From Tubiluchus corallicola (lineage: Eukaryota; Animalia; Priapulida), in the NCBI GenBank assembly GCA_030141605.1, contig JAQGDQ010000050.1, positions 755,971-819,970 of the forward strand: a stretch of DNA of 64,000 bases, in the 5' to 3' direction. The translations under genes were made by a program, and so were the position numbers. The notes below the pieces were generated by a model. The model was not told where the DNA came from, made no database searches, and saw nothing but the letters and a program-made list of their open reading frames with translations. The number at the start of each line of letters is the position of its first letter. The first letter of the stretch is position 1. Below, in pieces: positions 53,035 through 64,000 of the stretch.

Positions 53035-53174
53035 CGTTTAGAGTGTTGACCAGTTGTGAAATGTTCTTGGTTCAAGTCTTAAGACAGCCGCGTTCTACAT
53101 TGGCCGTTTAGAGTGTTGACCAGTTGTGAAATGTTCTTGGTTCAAGTCTTAAGTCAGCCACGTTTTACATTGGC
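53035..53174 (+). repeat. Tandem duplication, 2 x 70 bp, of a SINE-head-like unit
   Basis: CGTTTAGAGTGTTGACCAGTTGTGAAATGTTCTTGGTTCAAGTCTTAAG... occurs twice with 3 differences. Confidence 0.9.
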
Positions 53175-53396
53175 AGCATCCTTAAGAGATTTTATTTACA
53201 AGGAGGATTTGCTTCAATAATATATTAAGTGCAACATAAATCATGAGAAAACTGCATCATAGTGCCTGTATTGTCACTTAGATCTTGCCACATCTTCCCC
53301 AATCTATTTACTTTTCAGCCAAATACTTGTGAGCGCAATAATTGACTGTGGAATGTATGCTAAAATTTCATTTATTTACAGGAACAGATAGCTAAA

Positions 53397-53542
53397 ATGA
53401 TGACATCACGTCTTGTGGAAACTGTCTCCATCAACTATGATGACTTCAGTGAGAGTTTCCTGACTTGTGGGACATGCATGTGTCAGTATGACAGTCAAAT
53501 ACATGTGCCAAAACTATTACCATGTTCACATACAGTCTGCAG
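53397..53542 (+). CDS. TRIM exon (RING N-half); exon starts at 53382
   Basis: MMTSRLVETVSINYDDFSESFLTCGTCMCQYDSQIHVPKLLPCSHTVC(R). Acceptor tttacag at 53381, donor gtactg. Not in the ORF track. Confidence 0.92.
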
Positions 53543-54214
53543 GTACTGTACTGATTAAGATTTATATAACAAATGGCTACTAGACATTGATTACAGCACT
53601 ACATGCAAATTTAATCCCTAGATATAGTACTAGCATGCTGCAGTCATTTCAATGGCCCTGTTAGTTATATTGTAGTATTAACGTACTGCAGTTTTATTTG
53701 AATGCTAGGTGTACTGCAGCCATAACTAAACGGCTTGAAGTCATTGAAAAGGAAATGTATATATTATTTCATGAATAAACATTTCCTGAAAAAATTGTAC
53801 ATTTTTGATGAATGCATTTCTTTCAGGTAGATCTCCTAAAGAAATAGCTATTGAATAAATTGACTATAAAATGTTTGCATTTATTACATAATAATATGGT
53901 TTCACTGTGTTGATGCAGGCCTTGCTGATTCTGTTGTCTGATTCTCAGCATTAATGAATGGGTCCTTGGGGAGTGGGCGGCAGTTACTGACACAGCTTCC
54001 CTTTTGTGAAGTAAATTTTTCCCAACCACTTTGACAAACACTTAATTAAACACCTGCTGCACCTGACAACACATTATCGTTCTAGTTTATGCCGTGTTCA
54101 TTGGCTAACGCTTCATCCAAGCAGGTTTGAAATTGATCGCAACTCGCATGCGCAACTTTAAAAGCAACATCATCTACCTCTGTCTCTCTTGACCACTGTT
54201 ACGGTGCTACAAGA

Positions 54215-54215
54215 A

Positions 54216-54300
<85 letters not shown>
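54215..54300 (+). repeat. Compound (CT)n(CA)n microsatellite
   Basis: Directly visible. Confidence 0.95.
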
Positions 54301-54302
<2 letters not shown>

Positions 54303-54429
54303 AGGTTATTCGCGAGAGTGACAGTACATACTTAGCATACATTTTAAAAAAGAAAGAGATCCTAATTTCAAACCGGCCTGGATGAAACATTAAGCGTTCA
54401 GTCACGTATAGTGGAAATCGTCTCTTATT

Positions 54430-55100
54430 CATTGTTTATTGATATATATGGGTGCAAGCACAATACAAATTTTTAACAATAGATTGTGCAGAAAATTATT
54501 CGCAAGTGTTGGCACAAGCAACAAGATGTTCCACAATTATAACACCAGGAACAGAAACTTAATTCAACCCGCAGTTTTACATTCTGTTTTTGCTGAGCCG
54601 TTCTTTAAAACACGTAATTTATAGCATTGTTAGTGATATACCAGGGTGTGTTACTGACAAGGCCATTACTCATAACTAGCAGGCTTATAAAAAATACTGT
54701 AAGCTGCATTGCATTAACAGATGTATGTCAACTTACAAATTTCTACGTATGCAATTTGTATGGGATGTAGTGTAGCACATTGCCTTGCATTCATAACTAG
54801 AAATTCTTTGGGTGTATCTTTTTCCTTGTAGCATTGCATAACACATCGATTATCCATTGCCTTTCCATTACCATCCCTCTTTTCCTCCTCCTTTTTAATC
54901 TCCAACCCTTTTATCTTTTGTTTCTGCTTTTTTTCGAGGTGTCCTGGGCGAAATGTGGCGGTATCGCCATTTCAAGGTCTCCTCTGTCTAATTTGTTATT
55001 AGTAGTTATTAATTAATCTGCCACATTCTTGTGCATTTTGTTCACACAGACTCCATGGTTGTTTATGTTCAGTATGTAATAAATAAACTCGAAACTAAAC
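54430..55100 (+). mobile_element. Degraded LINE 3' end
   Basis: HNYNTRNRNLI motif typical of LINE ORF2 C-termini. AATAAATAAACTCGAAACTAAAC tail. Confidence 0.5.
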
Positions 55101-55439
55101 ATTTAAACTCCCATCAACTCACAAAGTAATGTTTTATTACCCAGACTGATATATTAGCAAAACTAATTATGTACAAGGAATTGCTAATAGCTTTATATTA
55201 CATGTATACTAATTATTACATCCAATAGGGCTTTTGCACATACATATGTGTTTGGCATAATTTTATGCTCATCAGTATTTCCCTGTGCATAAACCTCTGT
55301 TTCATACTAGTGACTGACATTTCTTACAGATAACTTTTTCTGATCTGATCTGTATTATCTGAGTCTTCTTACAAGTGCTGTTTGCTCGTCTGAGACTACG
55401 AGGTTCTACCATGAAAATGAACTTATTATTTACTTATAG

Positions 55440-55564
55440 GTTGTGCTTGGAGCGTATAGCCGAATCACAAACTCGGGACACAGCATCAATACGATGCCCT
55501 ATCTGTCGAGATGTCATTCAGCTGCCTCGTGGAGGAGTGATGGCTTTTCCACCTAGTTTTTTAG
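55440..55564 (+). CDS. TRIM exon (RING C-half)
   Basis: LCLERIAESQTRDTASIRCPICRDVIQLPRGGVMAFPPSFL. Donor gtaaat. Confidence 0.93.
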
Positions 55565-55839
55565 GTAAATATCGGTGGTTTGGTTTATTTTATGGAAAAA
55601 CAAACAATACAGAAAATAAAGTAAACAACTAGTGGTGTTTAAAGACCAAGCTTGTAGCTGATGAGTCAAGTCACTTTCTCACAATGTAACAAAAACCTCA
55701 TGCATGATTTTGGTTGACTGCCTAAAAGTTTTAATTAGAAATACAGAGTTTTTGCAAATATAGACCCAATAATGAAGGTGCAAACCCGCAATTAAATTTT
55801 GATATCAAACCTGTGACACAAGAAATGTAAAAGAGTTAC

Positions 55840-55909
55840 ATTACTGTGTGGATTTGAGCCGGGAACATTCTGCTTACAACGCGGATGCCTTGGACCACTA
55901 AGCCACCAT
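55840..55909 (-). mobile_element. tRNA-derived SINE head
   Basis: Minus strand GGTGGCTTAGTGG (A box) ... GGCTCAAATCC (B-box-like). Downstream TTTTACATTTC is similar to that of the 22080 copy. Confidence 0.6.
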
Positions 55910-56078
55910 ATTCCCCAATGGCCAAGCAGTTCAAAGTAGGGATGCGCTTATTTGTTGGATCGCAGATATTTTTCGTGGAATATCAGCACAAGTATCCAGT
56001 CTGGTAAACTTCAGTTGTAATCACTAAAAGCTTTGGTGCACTTTTAGTACGTCAAAATTACTTTGTAATAGTTGTCAT

Positions 56079-56885
56079 TAGGGCTAAGAAGGCTAGGCTT
56101 TTTAACTAACCGTTTAAATGTTATTAATTGTGGTCGGTTAACCGTTTAACCGTTTCCGATGATGTTATACATATAACAAACTGTCTAATACATATGACAA
56201 ACTAATATGAAGAAATTGCATAACTCTGACGCCATTATATAATCATAGAAATTCACTCAACTTAGTATTTATTCAGTACGTGACTAAATTATGAACCTTT
56301 TGATGAATGCTTGAAGAAGTTTTTGAACAACAAAATTCAATTAATAAAGAAATACCTGTGACACAGTTACCCCTTCCGAATCATGGCGTGTTTACTCACA
56401 CATCGTGGCATCTCCACGTGCACTACCTCCGAATATTAATGCACAACAAAGTTGAACAAACAATAAAGCACCTTAGGTTAGTGTTGATACTCGCCTACAC
56501 ATGTTGTTTTCAGTACTGCAATAATTTTGCCAGACGATTATGCACACTAAGAGAAAATGCAAGAATGCACAAGTAAGCAGGGCAGTCAAATCTAGCATGC
56601 GTCAGCGAGAATGTCCAACATGGCGACATCCTCGTAACATATGCGAGTGAAATTTTTTTGCAATCTACCATTTAAATGCTTCTTAGGTAACCAGATTAAA
56701 TGAAACAATGTTGTAAATAGCACAATTTTAAGTAAGCAGGACATTGCTAACTGCATACACCAACTCAGAAAAGATAGAAGGTTTTATTAATACTGATATG
56801 TAGAAAACTTGGCTAAGTAATGGTTAAACGTTTACACCAGTTAGCGGTCGGCTAAACGTTTAAACGGTTAATTGTCTCAGCCTTA
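56079..56885. mobile_element. hAT-type MITE
   Basis: TAGGGCTAAGA...TCTCAGCCTTA termini, subterminal TTAACCG/CGGTTAA repeats, perfect 8-bp TSD GTTGTCAT (56071-56078, 56886-56893). Confidence 0.85.
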
Positions 56886-57375
56886 GTTGTCATATTCGGT
56901 GAAAATTATATTAAACAAACTGAATATTTCCTATAATGCTTATTAAAATTTATCAGAAAAAGCTGTAGATAAATAGTGAACACAGCATAATGGTCGACAT
57001 TTTGCTTTCTGTTTTCTGTATGATAACTCAAGGAATGCGATGCACAGTCGATACACAAGTTGTATCAATATGCAATAGTGTGGCAGTGCTGTATTCGCTT
57101 ATACACAATGAAAACCTATGAGAACTCTAGTAAACAATTGTGCATACTACTGCAGTTTTGCTTAAATATTTTTTTATTTATTGTACAAAATAGTTTGAAT
57201 AGCAATTGAAAGAATAAGGGATGCTTTTAAAATACTTAATACTTTACGACATCGAAAACCAATAAATAAAAACACAGATTTAGTTGTCAGAACAATTTTG
57301 CACATCTCACTAATCACCACTAACTTAGAAAACATTACCGAGTTTGTAATTCATTTCAATTGGAATTACAAGATA

Positions 57376-57570
57376 GTTCGGTTCGCCTTCGATCCAGTAT
57401 TCCATTTTAACTTGATATGTTATTCGAAACTCATTTGGTAGCATGGCCAATCATTCGATTAGGCTTCAGTTTGGTAGCATGCCCGATCATCGGTTAAGCT
57501 TCGGTTTGATGGCGTCTAAGCATAAAAAAATCGGTTCAACTGTTGAAAATATGCCTTTGGTGCACCCCTA
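57376..57570 (-). repeat. Dispersed DNA-transposon end (TAGGGGTGCACC, hAT-like)
   Basis: Reverse-complement similarity to 20973-21130. Confidence 0.7.
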
Positions 57571-57997
57571 GGCTAAAGTAGCTGCCAGCATTTCCAGTGT
57601 TAATCGCTCACACTAGAGTGATTCTGTCTAATTTGAATATTTTTTATTTTGATTAATATTGAGCCCAAAGTGCAGTATTTATTGTTACTACATAGGGTAC
57701 TATATTATTTCATCGAATTTCTGGATTTTTGTCATAACTGCTAGTTTTTTTTAAAAGGTTTTCGGTTTCAATAACACAGATTGTTTTTTAACTGATATTC
57801 ATTTTACTGGTCTGAATTTTTTAGTTCAAAAGTGGGAGTAACGTGCATCTTGACTTCGTGAAATGAACAGGGTTGAATAGAGTGAATAACTGTTTTAGCA
57901 AGTTGTGCATGATGGCTAAATGTAATATTGATTTCTTAATTTGTCACAGTTGTAATAAGTTTTGTGCACATACATGAATAGTGACTTGTATTTGCAG

Positions 57998-58123
57998 TTA
58001 ATCAGTTGATGGACTTAATGGCCAGGCAACGGAGAGATGTCATACCAAAATGCTCTATACACTCATCACAAGAGCTTCTTTTCTGTGAGACATGTGATAT
58101 TGTTTTCTGCACAGCGTGTACAG
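57998..58123 (+). CDS. TRIM exon (B-box N-half), GC donor at 58124; alternative GT donor would extend it to 58177
   Basis: (V)NQLMDLMARQRRDVIPKCSIHSSQELLFCETCDIVFCTACT(G). CAG|GCAAGA. Confidence 0.85.
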
Positions 58124-58403
58124 GCAAGAAATGTTTGAGTATGCTATTGTGTTTGGTACATTTACTACATTGTACAGGTAAAGGATGTGTGATATACAAG
58201 ATAATAAGCAGTTCCGCTTAAAAGAACCAACTTCCAAATCCAAATACAGGTGAATAACGACACATGACTTCTTACCATTCATTTTTCTACTCAGCAAGAA
58301 GATGCACATAGTTCATACAACACAGCTTCTTGCACCAATTTAGTCTGATGCGTTGGTACGAATATTGTGCTAGTATACAGTCTAATTTTAATTTTACATG
58401 TAG

Positions 58404-58596
58404 GTGGTATACATTGTGGAGGTAATCACGATCACACTGTGATTCCATTCTCTATTGCAATAAAGCGAATGTCGGAAATTCTGCTGCATAAAGCAAATCG
58501 ATGCTTAGCGAATCTCACACAAGCGGCAGATAACGTGACTGAAGAAATGCGCAAACTGGATTCAAGTGTCGATCACACATTTGAGCTGGTCAACAG
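58404..58596 (+). CDS. TRIM exon (B-box end, coiled coil)
   Basis: GIHCGGNHDHTVIPFSIAIKRMSEILLHKANRC...FELVN(R). Donor gtaaac. Confidence 0.92.
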
Positions 58597-59638
58597 GTAA
58601 ACTGAAGGACAATGTTTCAGCATTGGTTACTCTTTTTTTAAGTGCCTGCATTTTCAACAGTTCATTTAAGTGTCACGGAAATTGCGTTTTTCAGTGCGAT
58701 TTTAAGGTAGTATTGTATTCTTTTGAGTAGGTGCAGCTTTATAATGAAAGATCAGATACCATCACTTCTATGTTCTGGCTGTGCTTTTTAGTATATTTGG
58801 GCTATGTTTTTCCATACATGTATTTGACAATGGTACTACAAAGAAGGTTATTGTAATGAATGTCTGCATTCAAAAGTGCTGTTGCATATTAAAATTTAAT
58901 TAGCAAATGAAACTTTTTGTCCAGGTCAGGGAATTGGATTCTCAGAAAAAATATTTTTCTAATTTCATTTCATTATGTAAAAATATGCCTGGTAAGGAGT
59001 TTTGTAAGAGACAAATAGTTCTCCTTACTTGTGAAGACGTGAATTCACAAGTTTGGTGTCTTCACAGAATATCAATAACAACATGAAATTATTGTTGATA
59101 TTCTGTTAAAGCTAATAAGTAATGTTTAATGAAATATCTCGTCATAGTTCTTGTCATACTACGAATTTTAGGATCTTAGTGAGTCACAAAGATGCTGATG
59201 AGCATGGCTATCATGTTATCGTACATATAGTAGACTGAGTCGCTTGGTGTCTGCACTTGATGAAGAGTAAACTACTTTGCTTTACATCTTAGACCACTAT
59301 ATTGCTTGATCAAGACAAATTCTGAAGCTTCTAATTCAATTCGAATAACTCATTGATTGTTTCAATACTAACTGCATTAGATTTAGTTAGTAGCTAGTCT
59401 AACTTTTGTAAACTAACATTCAGAAATATTAGAAGGACTGGTGAACATTTAAGGCTGAGTTAGAACTGCTTCGTAATCGATAGGTGGTATTCTGATTTAA
59501 GATGTTGAGTTCTTACCTCAAGGTTCAAATCTAGGCTCGGTTGCTTGTTTAGATTGCAAATTCTGACAATTGTACGTTTATTCATTTGTTGAAATTAATA
59601 ACAATCATATGTAATAAACTTGCTTTGTGTTTGGACAG

Positions 59639-59804
59639 GTCCTTTCAGGATGTCATTGGTTTGCTTGAACGAAGGAGACATGAAGTTCTGCAAGAACTTC
59701 AGCTCGTTCGTGACGAGAAGAGGAAGGTGTTGCGGGAACAGCTTGATATCATACAAACAGAGAAAGAGCAAGTAGAGCGTGAATGTGGTGGATTACATTA
59801 CCAG
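59639..59804 (+). CDS. TRIM exon (coiled coil)
   Basis: SFQDVIGLLERRRHEVLQELQLVRDEKRKVLREQLDIIQTEKEQVERECGGLHYQ. Donor gtaatt. Confidence 0.92.
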
Positions 59805-60288
59805 GTAATTCACATCCGTATGAATAAGCAAACATTAGAATTACTGTATTTACTTATTTTGGTGGTCGTGCTTTATTAAGATCACCTCCGAATAAGTGCC
59901 CAAGAAAGCAGAATGAAAGAAATTCTAAGCCTGTATGTTTGAATAACTGCCCAGTGCCCAGGCGCAGATCAACATATTAAAAATCTGTTTTACTGCTTGA
60001 TAAAGATTTGCTTTGTTGTGTTTATTAAATTTATGGAACGTTGATATTTGAAGTTTTTTTACAGCCTAGAATGCTAGGTGCTGATCTTTCTGTGTAATAG
60101 GTCTTTTAACTTTTTAAATTTAGACAACCTGGAACAGTTGCAGTCATTAGACAACAACCATTAAATGTCTGAACTTATCGGATTGGCTTGTGCAACGTAC
60201 AAAACAAATATACCATATGCAACGTAACAAAAATATATTTATATTAATTCAAGAAAATGTTGAAAAATTTTACAACTTTTGCTTTCAG

Positions 60289-60891
60289 ATTGAAGTTCGC
60301 AATATCACCAAGAAGATCAGTGATTTGAATGAGAAGTTGGACACTACCAGTACGTTAATTGAACCACGTGAGAATGCATTTATACGTTATGATTTCAAAC
60401 ACAACAATGCTGTTCACAACATAGACGTAGCCCTGAGGGACTTTGGCAGAATCCGTGTGTCAAAAACGTTCCCTGCTCTGTGCATAGTGAAGCACGATAG
60501 TTTGACGGTTACGCACTTGGAGTGGATTGTCAAAATACGCACAGTAGATTACCACGGTGATGTGCAGACCAGTGGTGGTGATCCTATTTATGTTGACTTT
60601 AGAAATGAAACTGGTGATAGAGTGGAGACTAAAGTGAAAGACAATAATGATGGCACATATACCGTGAAGTATATGCCACATCTAGAGGGCCAGTATAAGC
60701 TGTACGTCAGCATATTTGATCGTCCAGTAAAGGGTAGCCCCTTTTGCGTTGACGTGACAGAGCACAATAATCCGGTTGCACGGTATGGTTCCCGCGGGTC
60801 TGGTGAGCAAGGTTTTATTCAGCCGGTAGGAGTCGCTATATTACCAAGTGGAAATGTCTGTATAGCAGATACTGGAAATAGTCGTATAAAG
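60289..60891 (+). CDS. TRIM exon (filamin repeat, first NHL repeat)
   Basis: IEVRNITKKISDLNEK...GSPFCVDV...ADTGNSRIK. ctttcag acceptor, gtaagt donor, 603 nt. Confidence 0.95.
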
Positions 60892-61323
60892 GTAAGTCTA
60901 ATGGTTTGATATGCTAGTGAACTTTCTTATTATTTTCTGCCATTTTTATGTCTTATGCAATTACAGTTTCGTTAGTCTAACCAGTAAAATGAGTGCTTTG
61001 TTATTACAATAGCCTCATATGTGAATAGTCTGCTTTTTGGTTTAATTTCTTGCATTGCCCACTTATCCTCTTTATTTCCTATACACATCTGCAACGACAA
61101 CAATGTTGTGAAAAACAAAAATTATTTAATCACTGTTATAAATGTGAGAATAATAATAATAAATTTACTAAATCAAAGTAACAGTTTTATCGAATCTTCT
61201 GATAGTGCTCAGGCGGGAATAGACACGCACGAAAATAACTGTAATTTAATCCTTACTACACATTTTGTATATGAATATTGAAATAACATCTTGTTATATT
61301 GAAATAACAAAGCATCCTCCTTA

Positions 61324-63477
61324 TAGTCTGGCAGCTGGTGGGGTGAACCTTGCATTTTAGGGGTAATTTTTTTTATTGATTTTCTCATATTCTCTTTGTC
61401 CCTTTTAAGAATATTAAGGGTGGGCTTCTGTCATCCTTGAGCAATTTGAGATATTGGATGAAACGTGTTACATTGGAGAAGTACAAGCTATAACAAACCT
61501 AAACTGTCATGATCATATAAATAAAAACAGTAAATTTAATATTTTAATCATGAAGGACATTAAAACAAATAAAAAATGATTAAATTTTTTAGATTAGAAC
61601 AATGTGCATTAACATTGTGTCCTGCACTTTTGAATAAGTCAATGTCATATATTTTCCTCAAGTCCCTTCTGTACAGACTTCCTCATCGATACCATCGTAC
61701 GGACTTTATTTGGTTGTCTATAGAAACTTGTGACCATTTGTTTTCAAAATTTTCTTGTAGTTACAGTACCTGTTGTTACTGAATTGACTACATGAGTTAT
61801 GAATCGTACAAGCTTCTGGTTTTGTTCTAGACGCTCAATAGATGGCACTGCGTCCCCGTTTTTTTACCTGTGAAACCAGTTTACCTGTTACCTCTTACCT
61901 GTTGGCCTAGATAAATAGAGTCAAGTGGGCCTGACCACTAAGCATGAAGTTTTTTCTTGTTTGTAGATTTCTTGTTGTAGATTATGCATTATTTTTTGTC
62001 ATGTTGTTCTGTTATGGAAACTTATGATGATGGCAAAGATGTACGTATTATTTAGTTTAGAATTATGCTGAATTAATTAGTCTGTTTAAAGTCAGTTTAG
62101 AATATATAAAGAATTCTGATATTCGTCTATATGACAGTGCCATTCTTTATTGATTTGCAAACTTTCTAAAATTTTGTAATTTAATCTCACAGATTAAACA
62201 GAGTCATTTATGAAGTCAGTATTGGACATTGAATTTCATTTAGCGTATGTCACGCACACATTTGCAACATTAACTATAATTATTCTGAGGATGTCTCTGT
62301 GGCGCTAAAAGATTGATTCAAACTTCTAGTTTTTTGCATAATTCTTTCTTGCTTATATTATTTGCGATTATTCTGGGCTTGGCTTCTTTCTTATATGTGC
62401 CCTTTCGTATATATATCATCGTGTCTGATACCTGAAATGTTCTTCTTCAAAAAAAAATACGATGACTCAGTTTCTATGTTTTTATTTTTTCTGGTTTCAG
62501 TGTGATGCCAATCACTTTTGATTACCTGTGGCCATCCTCATAAATGTTGTCTCAAAATATGTGTCATTCCAAATGCCTTTTTAATTACAGTTGTATGTCT
62601 TATAACACGATTGCCTTTCACAAATGTGAAAATACATCACGAGGAAGGCACTCCGTGGCTCCGAGATAAGACAAGCCATACTTGGCCTGTATAACTAGCA
62701 ATGAAAAAGTAAATTCCCTGACAAAAAGTAAATGCCAAAGTCAGTTACTTACCTTTTGTTTGATCTTATGCAAACATCATCATAATGAATTTTAGTTTTA
62801 TTAAATTATCACTCACATTTCTGTGATGGCACGATTTGCACTTGCTATGTTGTCAAATATAGCTCCACAGATTTGGATCCTTGTATGCCATAGGTGTCTA
62901 GCTAAAATACAAAAGCAGGTCAGCTGTAACACAGTTTTAATTATTACACTTTTTCTGATAATTGTGAGAGAATTTCTAACTTTTGTTAAACTAAGTTAGT
63001 TATAATTTTATGAAGTCACAACTCAACTAAGCACAGCAATATAATATAGTACAGCAAAATACAAGCACTTAAAAATATTTATAGTTAAAATTTGACACAA
63101 CTTTATTAAAAAAGTTTTAAAAAAGTTGTGTTGTTTTTTAACTATAAATATATTATGTTATCACAAAACTAATAATTATGCAATTAATGCTTCATGCAGG
63201 TGTTGTAGCCCAATTTTAGAATTCTCCACGTCAAAATTTGGGTATCAATGTTAATTCTATGTCAGTGGGAGTTTCATTTGCCTTGTCACAATAGTTTTAG
63301 TGTGTAATTCTTTCAATGTAACACATTTAGTCCAATGTATCAGAATGCTCAAGGGTGACAAGGCGCCACCCTTAATATTCTTGAAAGACACTAACGGAAC
63401 ATGAGAAAACTGCTGAGAAAAAACTTACTCCGAAAATGCAAGGTTCAGCCAAAAAATGGCTTTGGGCTGCCGTACTA
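61324..63477 (-). mobile_element. Decayed Academ-like DNA transposon with pseudogenised transposase
   Basis: Roughly 120-bp imperfect TIRs (61324-61443 vs about 63346-63477), TAG...CTA termini. Minus-strand remnants with stops and frameshifts: DNLIKLKFIMMMFA, AKYGLSYLGATECLP, FVKGNRVIRH, GIWNDTYFETTFMR, VIGITLKPEKIKT. Confidence 0.75.
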
Positions 63478-63850
63478 CTACTACTATTGACCAATGCTAA
63501 AAAGCGAATTAATCATATGTTATTGATGATATTTGTAGTGACACTGTATATTAAGTAGAAGGTCAGTGAAAGAAAGTTCTCAACTGAGTGTTATTCAGTT
63601 TACTTCAAGGTCATAATACACAAAAATGCTTGAATGCCAGGAAAAAATCAAGTGGATATAAACATTAAACCTTGTAAATATACATAAAAATGGTAGGTAC
63701 TAATTTTCTACAATGTTTGTCTACTATTTTTTATGCAAAAATTGTTTGCAGTGTGTTTATTTGTTAGTAAAGAATTGGAAATTTTCTGTGTTTGTTTTCA
63801 TAGCAATTTATGTGCTTTATTATCCTTAGTCAAAATATTATTTTTTTCAG

Positions 63851-64000
63851 GTCTTAACAAATGAAATGCAATATATCTCTCACTTGTCACCTGATGGCCT
63901 TGGACAGCAGAGTGCAACAGGAATTGCTGTTACACCCACCGGAACACTAGTATCCATAAATTGGCGCAGTAAACATGTGTCTGAATTTAATCAAACAGGG
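63851..64000 (+). CDS. TRIM exon (NHL repeat), truncated by the window end
   Basis: tttttttcag acceptor. VLTNEMQYISHLSPDGLGQQSATGIAVTPTGTLVSINWRSKHVSEFNQTG. Confidence 0.88.

Larger units (their letters stand above)
53397..64000 (+). other. Gene span (3'-partial CDS): TRIM-NHL E3 ligase (RING, B-box, coiled coil, filamin, NHL), TRIM2/TRIM3-like
   Basis: Seven phase-consistent exons. RING CGTC..CSHTVCRLC..CPIC, B-box CSIH..CETC..CTAC..H..H, filamin D..DGTYTVKY.P...G.Y.L.V.I..RPVKGSPF, NHL FIQPVGVAI..GNVCIADTGNSRI. Confidence 0.92.

Noticed and set aside
55840-55909. Possible tRNA genes here and at 22080-22148
   Set aside because: A/B boxes are present, but the acceptor and anticodon stems do not pair. 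Treated as SINE heads.

Overview
AT-rich, intron-rich eukaryotic (bilaterian invertebrate) genomic DNA. It is not prokaryotic, so most short ORFs in the track are noise or exon fragments. I reconstructed three spliced genes by hand with phase-consistent splice sites. (1) SPSB/gustavus SPRY-SOCS box gene, + strand, join(8497..9196,11361..11491), 276 aa. (2) ALG3 alpha-1,3-mannosyltransferase, - strand, 9 coding exons from 24972 to 14070, 446 aa, convergent with SPSB. (3) RING-B-box-coiled-coil-filamin-NHL TRIM gene (TRIM2/3-like), + strand, from 53397 (possibly from 39989 via two micro-exons) running off the right end. Introns and intergenic DNA hold many transposon relics: hAT-type MITEs with 8-bp TSDs (one pair nested), a Merlin-like MITE with perfect 33-bp TIRs, a Tigger/pogo MITE, a decayed Academ-like element, LINE 3' ends, tRNA-derived SINE heads and long foldbacks. 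I see no CRISPR array, RNA gene or clearly new multi-gene system. The most unusual signals are an in-frame GC/GT tandem splice donor pair inside the TRIM B-box, the uORF and dual-AUG architecture of SPSB, the motif-rich Merlin-like MITE, the Academ-like relic and decayed hammerhead-like motifs.
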